From: Octopus bimaculoides
Lineage: Eukaryota
Assembly (NCBI RefSeq): GCF_001194135.2
Contig: NC_068991.1
Coordinates: 53,970,010-54,034,009 of the forward strand
Direction: 5' to 3'
Length of the DNA: 64,000 bases
This document shows positions 37,901-49,926 of the stretch, in pieces. Position numbers and translations under genes: made by a program. The number at the start of each line of letters is the position of its first letter. Within the stretch, counting starts at the first letter, position 1. The notes under the pieces are model-generated. The model saw only the letters and a list, made by a program, of their open reading frames with translations. It did no database searches and had not been told where the DNA came from.

Positions 37901-39450
37901 CTGGAACATAATGCAAGCAAAATTTCATCAAATACAATTTTAAAAACAAATTGAAGCTAAATTACACAATTACGGGTAATAAAAAAGTAGCTATTTCAAT
38001 ACCTCTACCACAACTACTATGACTACTACTACTACTACTACTACCTCCACCACCACTACCATCATCATTATCATCAAATTAGATTAAATGATGTTGCACA
38101 TGAGAGAGACTGGCCTGAAATTTTGTCTGGCAGTTACGTTCAAGAGATCCAACTGGCCAATGTATAAGGTGGTTGGGGGAGAGGGTGTCAGTTACTGATC
38201 TTGGAGACACGGGGATGGGGGACAGAGAGAATTTGGTTTTCTTGACAATTTGCACGAGGATTCTTTGAAAGGACTCTCTAAAAATAGTGATGATAATCCT
38301 TTATACTAAAAAGGCACGAGGCCTGAAATTTTGGGGAGGGGACCAGTCAAGTACATCGATCCCAGTATTTCAGTAGTACTTAATTTATCGACCCCGAAAG
38401 GATGAAAGGCAAAGTTGACACCGTTAGAATTTGAACTCAGAACATAAGGACAGACGAAATGCTACTAAGCATTTTGCCCAGCATTTAACATCTAAGCATT
38501 AAACACTGAGCATTTAACACCCATGTTCCATGCCGGTATGGGGTGGGCAGTTTGACAGGACTTAATGGGTCTAAGGACTGCATTGTGCTCCAGTGTCTGC
38601 ATTGGCATGGTGTCTATGGCTGGATGCCATTTCTAATACCAACCACTTTACAGCATATAACAGGTGATTTCTTCTGCTGCTGACACAAGTGAGCTTATAT
38701 GACTATGAAATCGAAGTGTGAGGTGCAGGGAGGGAAACAGTTTTAGGCTAGGAGGTGTGGAGTAAGTGTATGATGAGAGGGGCGAGTAGGTTCTAGTTGT
38801 AGAGGAGCTACTCTCATTTACAAGAAAGAATGAGGATGCTCAGTAGAAGCTGCAAAAAGTTAAATATAAAGAGCTGTTGCTTTTTTTTTTTTTTTCTTAT
38901 ACAGAAGTCAGGTGTCAAAAGGATATTTTGCTCAGAGTAAGCCAGCCTGTATGAGAGGTCTTTCTATTAGTGCTTAGCATAGGACTTCTTCAAAGCCCTC
39001 TCCTATGGTATATATGCTTTTGTTGTTTATTACTTTGGCCATCAAATTATGGTGGAGGGCGGGGTTTATTGTTGACCTTAATCTGAGACATGAAATTTGC
39101 TGAGCTAAGGTAGGAACTCTAAGACAGGTATAGGCAACCTTTATTGAGAAATGGGTCACAAGACATGACACATCATCACACAGGCTGCTCAACTAAAAAA
39201 AAGTCAAGGTAATTTTTTTCCCTGACATGTCATTCAGAAAGTCCTGTGGGTTGTAGTTTCTCTGTGACTGTCCTAAAACATCAAGGAATGAAAGCCATTT
39301 AATAAGTAATGACTACAGACAGAACATTAGAGCACAGCTATTTGTTTACTAGACCGTAAGACAGAACATTGAATCAACATAGGAGAGTCAATTAATTTAA
39401 TATGATCTACAGTGAAATATAAATTGTCAGCCAGTGACTTACAATGTTTG

Positions 39451-39852
39451 CTCTTTTACTCTTTTACTTGTTTCAGTCATTTGACTGCAGCTATGCTGGA
39501 GCACCGCCTTTAGTTGTGCAAATCGACCCCAAGACTTGGATGCCTAGTACTTATTCTATCGGTCTCTTTTGCCGAACCGCTAAGTTACGGGGACATAAAC
39601 ACACCAGCATCGGTTGTCAAGCGATGTTGGAGGGACAAACACAGACATACAAACATATACACATACATATATATATATATATACATATATATGACGGGCT
39701 TCTTTCAGTTTCTGTCTACCAAATCCACTCACAAAGCTGTGGTCGGCCCAAGGCTATAGTAGAAGACACTTGCCCAAGGTGCCACGCAGTGGGATTGAAC
39801 CTGGAACCATGTGGTTGGTAAGCAAGCTACTTACCACACAGCTACTCCTGCG
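39451..39852 (-). mobile_element. tRNA-headed SINE, the dominant family in this window; a well-preserved copy
   Basis: Head GCAGGAGTAGCTGTGTGGTAAGTAGCTTGCTTACCAACCACATGGTTCCAGGTTCAATCCCACTGCG with A/B-box-like motifs, central (TA/TG)n, and tail ...CATAGCTGCAGTCAAATGACTGAAACAAGTAAAAGAG. Resembles Octopus SINEs as I recall them. Confidence 0.9.
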
Positions 39853-41135
39853 CCTTTACCAGAAATATTTTCTACTGAATTCAATTAATCATAACAAATT
39901 ATGTCTTTTGTCCCTCACAAATTCTTGGAATGCTTACTGATACTTTTAGATACTGTTTTAAATGTCTGATCTTATTCTTGATTTTCACGAAAATATTTTG
40001 CTTGTCTTTCAAGAACCCACAAAATATCTTTGTCTCTTTCATAGGAGCAGTTACTAAACTTTGGAATGACTCTCCATCTTTTTTATTATTTCTTGTTCTT
40101 AAGGCAGTGAGCTGGCAGAATTGTTAGCACATCAGACAAAATGTTTCATGGCATTTCTTCCAGTTATTTATGTTTTGATGCTACCAAAGTTGACTTTGCC
40201 TTTCACCCTCTGGGGTCAATAAAATAAAATACCTGTCAAGTACTACGATCAATAGCATAAACAAACCACTTCCCACTAAAACTGTTAGCCTTGGGCTAAA
40301 ATTGAAAACCATTATTTCATGTTCTACATGAATACACACATTTAACCCACATAACACTTTTATGTTCTTGTTATGCTTACATAAACATAACTTAATTATG
40401 TGTACGTGTATATAAATTGTCTATATATAAATTATCTTTGACTTCCCCAGTTTAACCTACAAATCAACCAATATCTCTTTCACAGTTTCAATTGCAACAG
40501 TCAGTTAAGGAACTGCTATAATTGATTTCTACACTATCAGTTCAATTAAATAATCACTTCTAGCTTGAACAGTACAAATTAGCTTGTTGCTCGATTAATG
40601 AAATCAATAACTAGGATATTGTTTGGTGTGTTCATAGATTAACTTTTGATAGTAAAAGGGAAGACTGTCGTGATAATGGCAGTATTTTAGAGGATATTTA
40701 CAAGAAGCAATCTCAAAGAGTCTAAACATTTCCTGTACTATGATATCAGATAATCCATTTTTAAAAAAATGTCTTTGAAATCATATGACTGTGGAATTAT
40801 GTTCAAAATCATTACCAATCTAAGCAGATACTATCTAAACACAAATGAGCTAAGGGAAACAACTTAAATGGACCAATGGCATGACTATGGATAATTAATT
40901 CAAAGAGTAATGTACTAAATGCTGTATATTAAAAAATTCCCAATTAATTGAAATATCAACGCATCACTATTTAATTTTTTTAATTATCTAAATTCATGCC
41001 ATTAACCCATTTCAATTGTTTTTTTCAATTCATTATATTTCTGATTATGCAAATTTTACAAGTCAGAAATTATTTGTAACTCTTTTTCTATCAGTAAAAA
41101 TCTATGTCAATTGATTCACAGATTTGGTTAGGCTA

Positions 41136-41175
41136 CTGTGCTGATGAAGTCCAACAGACTGAAATATGTCCTTAG
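41136..41175 (+). ncRNA. Type-I hammerhead-like motif with intact catalytic core
   Basis: CTGTG-CTGATGA-AGTC-CAACA-GACT-GAAA-TAT-GTC-CTTAG. Perfect 4-bp stem II and GUC triplet. Stem I has one mismatch and one wobble. Confidence 0.6.
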
Positions 41176-41871
41176 ATGCGTCATGTTGGAAACCAACAAC
41201 CGGACTTTCCTTCCTGTAAGCATGTAACTTAACTTTGAAGACTAATTATAAATTTCTTGAAAGAATCTACCCTTTTGGTCTGGGAGGGGATTCTAGAAGA
41301 TTGAAATTTTAGGACAAAGAGCTGAGCTAAGTGGTCAATATGAAGTTTCACACTGAATAAGTTACACATTATGGGTGATAATAGGAGAAAAGACAAGCAA
41401 GTTAGGTGGAGCTTGAGTAGCAGTGGTAGATCTTTTATCATGAAATGAAGAGGTGAAAGATATGTGTTATATACATATACATCCTTTATCAGTGAAGAAG
41501 TTACCAATTTAGGAGGTTAATCTGATGTATGCTTGTAGTAAATGACTGAAGTTGTGGTAAATGACTGAAGGAATAAAAAGTTTTTAGACCAGGTTCAACT
41601 GAAGTAGTGTATGCTTTTGTAATAGCTCCCTGCATCAAGAAACCGATGCTGTATGACTGACAGACGAGAATAACAGTGAATTAGGGTCTACAGAACTCAT
41701 GTTAATGGCCGTGAAAGATGTAGGATTGGTCAGCTACAATTATATTTCAGACAGTCATTGCTGATGAATTAACATGGTGATTATAAATGCATAAATGAAC
41801 AAAGGAATTAACAGAAACATTCAAGCAAGTTAATTGAATAATTAAATAAATGAATGAATAGAACAACTTAC

Positions 41872-41925
41872 TGGATTAAAAATAGGAGGAAACGCAGATT
41901 TAAATGTATCGGGAGGAACTAATGT
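41872..41925 (-). CDS. Galectin exon 5 (inter-CRD linker)
   Basis: cttgtttccag|ACA...AAT CCA|gtaagt. TLVPPDTFKSAFPPIFNP, Pro-rich, ending in PIFNP as expected just before CRD2. Phase 0 to 0. Confidence 0.82.
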
Positions 41926-42052
41926 CTGGAAACAAGAACAAATTTATTATCATACATTGAACGAATAATTATAACCAACAACACAGTATATATAAGTAGA
42001 TATGTGGATGGACACACACACATAACATACATATATACACACATGTCCATTA

Positions 42053-42118
<66 letters not shown>

Positions 42119-42613
42119 AAGCACACATGCTGGTTTCCACATAAAAAGTTCCACTGCTGGTGTCACATAAAAAGCACTCCGTACACTGTAAAGTGGATGG
42201 TGTTAGGAACAACATCCAGCCATAGAAACCATGCCAAACAGACAATTAGAGCACAGTGTAGCTCTCTGGCTTGCCAGCTGCTGTCTAACTGTCCAACCCA
42301 TGCCAGCATGGAAAATGGACATTAAATGATGATTACATATGCTTGTGTATATGTACAAGCTTTATATGTGGATTAAGAAAACTACAATTGATTTCATATG
42401 TGAAGAACTTCCACAATTTTCCAGTGACCTTAAAAATGCCAGTAACCACCTTTATAATGGATGAGAATACTTAATGTTACATGAGACTACATGGGATTTG
42501 AAGGTTAAGACACAGATAAGGGGAAATAAATTTTTAGGGATTTCTTAATCGTTGCTTCCCTTGCACTGGCCCTGGATTTCTGCAAGAATTAGTGTTCAAA
42601 ATACATTAATTAT

Positions 42614-43094
42614 CAATAATAAATCTCTGAGCCAGTTATAAACAGTAGCTGCACAATATTGTTAAGTATATTTGCCACTTAAATGTGGCTAACACTTAAG
42701 GGTCGATGCTACTGTAGCTTGTAGCCCCAGGAAGACATCTCCTCCAGCTAGCTATTGACACACTATCTGTGCCCTATCAGTATTTGCAAAGGGAAGTCGT
42801 CGTTCCCATCTCCAGCCTGACATGATATACAGGGACCCAAATTTCTGGGTATTTACCCGTCATCAGCGTGTGACAACCACCCATTGGCGATGGGAAGTGG
42901 TTCTCAATGCAAATATGTATATATATAATTTTCCAATGACATAAAGTCACTGATCTCGAAAAAGTGGAAACAAGCAATAATAAATCTCTGAGCAAGTTAT
43001 AAACAGTAGCTGCACGATATGGTGAAGTATATTTGCCACCTAAATGTGGCTAATCCTTAAGAGTTGATGCTACTGTAGCTTGTAGCCCCAGGAA
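42614..43094 (-). mobile_element. ~361-bp terminally redundant unit with a hammerhead-like motif
   Basis: 120-bp direct repeats at 42614-42733 and 42975-43094. Motif CACACG-CTGATGA-CGGGT-AAAT-ACCCA-GAAA-TTTGG-GTC-CCTGTA at 42828-42872 on the minus strand. Confidence 0.6.
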
Positions 43095-43181
43095 AAAGGC
43101 ATGCAACTGAAGAAATCTCTCACCAAAGCAATGGAGACCAACAGAGCCTTCAGTTTAGACAGATCCTGTCAAATAAGACTT

Positions 43182-43632
43182 AAAACCCTTAAAGCTGCAT
43201 GAAAAGTACATTTATATATACTGCCATGGGAGACAACTGCCCCATGAGCAAAGCTAGAAACAGTGGACTGGTTTCGTCCCTTACTTTGGGACCCATTAAC
43301 AGTGTCACTCCATCACTTCAATGGAACAGCTAGATCCCACAATCAGTATATATATTTGCCATATAAATTTATGGCTGATTTGGTGAAATGCCAATGTGTA
43401 TACTCAAAATTGATAAAAGCAGCTCAGTGCAATATAAAACTATATAAGAAAAATTTAACCGTCACTAATTGTAACTGAGGATGCTGAGAGCACCTATATT
43501 GCAAGAAATAAGAGTGAAAACCCTTAAAGCAGCATGAAAAGTAAATTTATATATACTAACAAGGCGATTTAGCTGTTCCATCGAAGCAATGGAGTGACAC
43601 TACTGATGAATCACAAAGTAAGGGACAAAACA
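43182..43632. repeat. Three partial copies (+/-/+) of an element with a decayed hammerhead-like motif
   Basis: 43182-43221 repeats at 43517-43557. 43260-43360 on the minus strand aligns with about 43545-43632 on the plus strand. Confidence 0.65.
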
Positions 43633-43709
43633 TCAACAATCAGCTTTAAACGATTTTCACATCTAAAAGAGATCCGCAGCTTCTGTAGTAGATATACTGG
43701 CACTTTGTT

Positions 43710-44020
43710 GGTTATGATAATAAGGGCTCCAGTTGATCTGATCAATGGAACAGCCTGCTCACGAAATTAACATGCATGTGGCTGGGCACTCCACAGACAT
43801 GTGTACTCTCAACATAGTTCTCAGCGAGATTCAGTATGACATAGAGTGTGACAAGGCTGGATCTTTGAAAATACAGGCACTACTTATTTTTGTTAGCTGA
43901 GTGGACTGGAGCAATGTGAAGTGAAGTGTCTTGCTTGAGGACACAACGTGTCACCCGGAATTGAACTCACCACCTTACGATCATAAGCTGAATACCATAA
44001 ACACTGAGCCATGCACTTCA
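43710..44020 (-). mobile_element. Third tRNA-headed SINE family; copies near 30795-31030, 48500-48670 and 56140-56290
   Basis: Head CATGGCTCAGTG...GTGAGTTCAATTCC, followed by GTTGTGTCCTYRAGCAAGACAC...GCTCCAGTCCACTCAGCT. Confidence 0.75.
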
Positions 44021-44070
44021 CGAAGTAGACATAAAACTATTGTAATAACAAGAGCTTCATCAGTACTTAC

Positions 44071-44187
44071 GGTGCCATCAATTCGAATTTGTTGTATTTG
44101 AGCAAAACCTTTAATGATAAGATACTTTGCAGTATTATAATCCATTCTGTGATGGAAACTTAAAAGATAGACGTCATGGAAGAAAAT
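44071..44187 (-). CDS. Galectin exon 4 (CRD1 C-terminal strands)
   Basis: ctctttcag|ATT...ACC|gtaagt. IFFHDVYLLSFHHRMDYNTAKYLIIKGFAQIQQIRIDGT. Confidence 0.88.
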
Positions 44188-44475
44188 CTGAAAGAGAAGA
44201 AAAGAAAAAAAACTATTTATTTATATATCTTCTATCTTGTTTTTTTTTTTATCTTTTACGTGTTTCAGTCATTGGACTGTGGCCATGCTGGGGCACTGCC
44301 TTGAAGAAGAATTTCTAGTCATATGTATTAACCCTAGAACTTATCTTTTTAAAGCCTGATGCTTACTTTGTCAGTCTCGTTTGCAGAACCAATAAGTTAC
44401 AGAGATGGAAACACACCAGTACCAGTTGTCTAGTTGTGGTAGAGGACAACTGAACAGAGACACAAAGACACACAT

Positions 44476-44524
<49 letters not shown>

Positions 44525-45122
44525 GAGCTTCTTTTCAGTTTCCGTCTACCAAATCTACTCACAAGGCTTTGGACAACCCAGGGCTTTTGTAGAAGATACC
44601 TGCCCAAGGTTCCATACAGTGGGACTGAACCCAGAACCATTTGACTGGGAAGCCATACCTGTGTCTTTTAATAATATAAATTTAACAGTGAAAACATCAT
44701 TGATCTTTCTTATCTTTTATGATAATTGACCATGACAAAAGATATCCCTAGAAAGGGCTAGTTGTTTACATCGACCCTAGTGCACAACAGGTACTTATTT
44801 CATTGACCCCCAAAAGGATGACAGGTAAAGTCCACCTTGGTGGAATTTGAAACTGGAATATAAAGACAGACAAAATACCACTAAGCATTTTGAAATAATG
44901 GCAGAAAAAAATGACAGACGATGCCAATTTAATTACACTTTTGAAAATTGCTATATAAAGGTGGAAGCATATCTGTATAATTAAGAGGGTCATTTTGCAA
45001 CCACATGGTCTCTGGTTTATTTCCACAACATGGCCCTTTTAGCAAAAGGTTACACTGTAACCTCAGATTGCCCATTGTCATTGAGTAGAATTTGGTAGCT
45101 GGAAACAGTACAAAAATAGTTG

Positions 45123-45182
<60 letters not shown>

Positions 45183-46122
45183 TACACACACACTATATAT
45201 TTATATGTAATGTATACAGGGTGTGTAAGATATTTGAGGACAGATTTATGTTTACAAAAAAAAAACAGATATATAATAACAAATAATAACTATCAAAAAA
45301 TGCTATGAGGATAAAAATAAACCTTCTTTTCTATAATGTTATCCAACAACTGCTTCTATACAAGATCTAAATCATCTACATACTCAAATCAAGTGGTCCT
45401 GGTTCATTTTGGACATTACTCTGACTATGGCAGCTTTCAAAGAATCTTTATCAAAAGTTTAATAACAAACATCAATCATTTTCGTTGACAAATCACTTAT
45501 ATATTACACATAGGTATGGCTGTGTGGTTAAGAAGCTTACTGCCTGACCATGTGATTCTAGGTTCTGTCCCACTGATTGGCTCCTTGAGCAAGTGTCTTC
45601 CACTATAGCCTTGGGTTGATCAAAGCCTTGTGAGTAGATTTGGCAGACAGAAACTGAAAGAAGTCTGTTGCGCGCATGTACAAACGTGTGTGTGTGTGTG
45701 TATGTGTGCGCATGTGTGTGTGTGTGTTTGCTTGTCTCCTTGTCTTGACAATGTGATAACTGTAAATAAGAGCCACCATCATATAAGCATTGAAAGATAG
45801 ACATTAAAACAATGAGGATGACAATAACAATGAGAATAATATATACTATATAGTTCATTTAACTGAATATGCTAAATGTGACAACAATGAAATCTTTCTT
45901 TAAAATCATTTTATTTCCCCAAACAAACTAAGCTTTTGTGTATGTGTATTAGTATATATCAGTCTATTTGTTCTCTCTCTCTCTCTCTCTCTCCACACAC
46001 ACACACATACACAAACACACACACATTTACAGGTTATTTATATCTCTGTATTCCACTATTCTCACAACTTAGATAAACAGTTGCACAAATAAAGATAACA
46101 AATTTTTTAAAAGTTTACTAAC

Positions 46123-46333
46123 CATAAATTCAGATTTAGTTATCATTATCATAAGTTCAAAGGATAAGTCTTGCCGCAGGAGAAGTTTGTCATGGATTCT
46201 TTCTTCTGTGCCCCATTTTCCATTCTTGTAATAGTTAAACACAACAATTTTGTTTTGTAATCGTACATCGATATGAAGAGCTGTGTCTGGTAGTGGTTCA
46301 ATACAAGGTTGGGTTGATAAGTTTATAGAAAAC
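46123..46333 (-). CDS. Galectin exon 3 (CRD1 sugar-binding core)
   Basis: ttttttaag|G TTT...ATG|gttagt. FSINL...ALHIDVRL...VVFN...WGTEER...FELMIMITKSEFM. 211 nt, phase 2 to 0. Confidence 0.92.
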
Positions 46334-46479
46334 CTTAAAAAATAGAAAAATAAATTAGAGGACATTAAGGTGAAATATTGCCAAGCGAGGATACTGAAAA
46401 TTGATTTAGAATATTAGTATCAACTGAAATTGTTTCTTCTATGGAGAAATGGCAATGGAAGCAATAAAAATAGGTCTGC

Positions 46480-46640
46480 TCCATCTCTTATTTCTTCATG
46501 TGTCCTAATGAAGGGGTCTCTATGCTTCCTTGGGCATGATCACATTAAAGCTCCAACATTTGGCAACTGACTTGGTAGACACCCATAAGACTATCCTCCA
46601 TCTTTCCAACAACAATCTTCAGTACCTTTTTGAATTCCAT
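46480..46640 (-). mobile_element. Short decayed RTE LINE 3' fragment
   Basis: VLKIVVGKMED resembles the RTE C-terminal LKLIxxGKIEG motif. Heavily degraded. Confidence 0.35.
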
Positions 46641-47261
46641 TTGTCTAACACTCATGGAGATGCTTACAAAATTGAAAAAAAAAAACAAAAAACAACACAG
46701 AACCCATAACTTTTGGAAACATTCTTTCGTACCCAGAATTGCTACCAATTGTTATGTCAGGACACTACATCCTTCAAAACTTCCATGCTTCCTGAAATTT
46801 ACCAAAAGTACACCTGATACCTTCCACCTTCGTTTTTTAAACAATTCATTTACTGTTCACTTTCTGTGACTTATTCTATGTACTATATATGCACCTTTGA
46901 CTACCTTATCTGATGAGTTGTAGTGCACCTGAGCACTGTATACAATAAGTTCATTATATATATAATCTAAAAATATCAAAGAAATTCAAGAAAAGACTTC
47001 AGCTGCTGTTCCCTCTTCACTTTTGTATTTCATTTTGCATTGTTTCAACCTTAGAAAGTTTTTATCTAGTTTAAAAAAGTATTATATATTACTTTATTTT
47101 TTGTTTCAAGCAAAGCTAATTTAAATTTAATATCAGTTAAATACAAGGCAGTGAATTTAGATTGGACATTGTATGAGTCAATTTGAATTGACATGTGAGA
47201 AAGAAAAATCTTTAAAGTCTTTAAAACTGAAAGTAAATGGTTCATCATCTCATTGACTTAC

Positions 47262-47347
47262 CCCTTCTGTCCTGTTTCAGCTCTACCGTGAAAAGTTATA
47301 GTTCCATTCTTAATCCAGCCAGGAATTTCTTCGATATATGGAAGATT
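47262..47347 (-). CDS. Galectin exon 2 (CRD1 N-terminal strands)
   Basis: tttcatacag|AAT...AAG GG|gtaagt. NLPYIEEIPGWIKNGTITFHGRAETGQK(G), the typical PY..IPG..G start of a galectin CRD. Confidence 0.88.
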
Positions 47348-47431
47348 CTGTATGAAATAGTAAAAAAATTAAATGCTTATAGCCCAAGAACCAAGCCACA
47401 CTCTTGGAGGGATGTGGAGAGTAAAGTCAAT

Positions 47432-47483
<52 letters not shown>

Positions 47484-47756
47484 NNNNNNNNNNNNNNNNN
47501 NNNNNNNNNNNNNNNNNNNNNNNNNNNNNNNNNNNNNNNNNNNNNNNNNNNNNNNNNNNNNNNNNNNNNNNNNNNNNNNNNNNNNNNNNNNNNNNNNNNN
47601 NNNNNNNNNNNNNNNNNNNNNNNNNNNNNNNNNAATCAACCCTAGGACTTATCTTTATATATATAGGTGCAAGAGTGGCTGTGTGGTAAGAAACTTGCTT
47701 CCTAACCACATAGTTCTTGGTTCAGTTTCACAGTGTGGCACCTTTGGCAAGTGTCA

Positions 47757-47790
<34 letters not shown>

Positions 47791-48039
47791 TAGATAGATA
47801 GATAGATACATAGATAGATGTGTGTGTGTTTATGTGTCTGTGTTTGTTCCTCCCCAACATAATTTGACAAACTATGCTGGTGTGTTTACGTCCCTGTAAC
47901 TTAGTGGCATGATAAAAGAGTCCAATAGAATAAGAACTAGGCTTACAAGGAATAAGTTCTGGGGTTGATTTGTTCGAATAAAGGCAGTGCTCCAGCATGC
48001 CCACAGTCAGATGACTGAAACATGCAAAAGAATAAAAGA

Positions 48040-48350
48040 TTGGGTACGGGTGGTCAGCTGGGACCGAAGGTAAGGAGCTGGATGTGGACTTGTGCAGTTT
48101 GCATTTTCTTTGTGCCCCGGCAATCCTGTTCTTGTCATAGGGGGTGACATTTCTCTTGGTGCAGCATTGTCAAGCAGGGCAGTCTTGTGCTGGTGTTTCC
48201 CAGGTGTCAGGGTTGATCTGGAAGCTCTTCAGTGAGGCATCAATTGTGTCCTTGGAGTGCGTTTTCTGCCCACAGCGCGTCTGCTTGCCTTCCACTAGTT
48301 CAATGTAAAAGTCTCTTGGAGAGTCACGTATCACGATAGAGTCTCCCCAA
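48040..48350 (-). mobile_element. RTE-clade LINE 3' fragment
   Basis: ELVEGKQTRCGQKTHSKDTIDASLKSFQINPDTWETPAQDCPA is a degenerate RTE/BovB-type GKRSRGGQKKRYKDTLKASLK...TWETLAQDR C-terminus. Confidence 0.82.
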
Positions 48351-49863
48351 GAGACTCCCAATCTATATAAATACATAGATAGGCGCGCGCGCGCATGCAT
48401 GTGTGTGTTCTGGACATTTCTGTCTTCGAATCGACCTTGGACTTATAAAGTCAGTTATCCATTTTCTATGGTGTATGACTAAGACCACAACATTCCCCCT
48501 GAATAGGATACCAGTTCATTCCTGGGTTACTCCTTTACAGCTGAGTGGATTGAACAATGTGAAAGGAAATGTTTTGCTCAAGAACACAACGCACCGCCCA
48601 GTCCAGAAATCGAAACCGCGGTCTTGCGATTTTGAGTGTAACACCCTAACCAACTGGCCGCGTGCTTTCCACAACAAACCAACCGCCCATACGCACACTC
48701 CCCTTCCCAAATGTATACACACGCATGTGCGTATTTGCGTGGAGAGAGAGAGAGAGAGAGCGAGATTGTTTATTTCACTTACAAACGCTTACGTTGTCAC
48801 GCCCCTATTCTTCCTGCATTTTGTTATAATTTATCAAGAGAATGTTTTATCCAAGATGTCTTTCCTTATTTATAACCGTAAGATTATAGTTTCGAAGGCA
48901 ATTGAATGTTATTTCTAACAGGTAGATACTCCCACATTCGCTCGAACTCCGTTTTCTCGCTGTTGTTGTTGTTTAACCCTACATCGAACCGATCCAACAG
49001 GCCTATGATCAAAGCCATTCCAGCTGTGACCATCCCATCATATTAGATGATATTTTGGATTACAATATCTAACGTGTCCTTTCCTTATTTAGGAGACTTG
49101 GGTGGTGTGAGCTGAGGAACATTTTGCTGCTATTTCTACGTAGTCGGGAGATCAGACCACATAAAGTATCCCCTCCGTATATCCTTTTACTTATATTTTC
49201 AATTTCCCAGTTTTTAATGAAATAAACCATACATCGATAATTGATTAAATGCATTCACCCTATTCCAACCATAAAAAGACCCCATTCTCCTCATCTCTAC
49301 CAATGGATATTTTTACAAGAAACTTTTTATTTCCTAACGCAATTCGAGAGGACATCGGAATGTGATAGGTAAAAATAGCATCTACTAGAATAATCGAACG
49401 CCGTGTATTTTAAATATACACAGTAGTATCGATTAAATTAAAGGTGTCAGTTGCGATTATTTATCAGCTCTTAATCCCAGTCACTATTTTAAAATACAAT
49501 ACTGGATTCAAAAGTCAGTAGTTCGAGTAGATATAGGTGGATGTATATGTGTAGAAAAATGCATGGGTTGTGTAATATGCATATCAATGAAATCACATAT
49601 TTATGAATGTATAATGCATTATACACGTTAATAAAAACATCCTCCTGCATTTAAAGAGTTTGTTGATACTTAATAACATTATAATATTTTTAGGCGAAAC
49701 TATTATGTATGTATACTTATCGAAGATCTGCCTTATCAATGAACGCCTGTAAATCTATAACCAAATATAAGAAAAAAGTAAGCAATAATGATTTACTAAC
49801 TATTTGAAAAGCCAAGATAGTCTTATAAACACATATAAAATAGATAATTTGTTTACTTCTTAC

Positions 49864-49926
49864 CGGTTTCTGATGTATGATGGGTCCATTCATATACGGT
49901 AATATCGAAGGTGGTTCTTGCCGCAT
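49864..49926 (-). CDS. Tandem-repeat galectin, exon 1
   Basis: ATG CGG...AAA CCG|gtaaga. MRQEPPSILPYMNGPIIHQKP. Phase 0 fits exon 2. An upstream start or 5'UTR exon cannot be excluded. Confidence 0.75.

Noticed and set aside
46895-46950. CTGATGA-GTTG-TAGTG-CACC hammerhead-like start
   Set aside because: GAAA is absent (TGAGC) and stems I and III cannot be placed. At best a very decayed relic.
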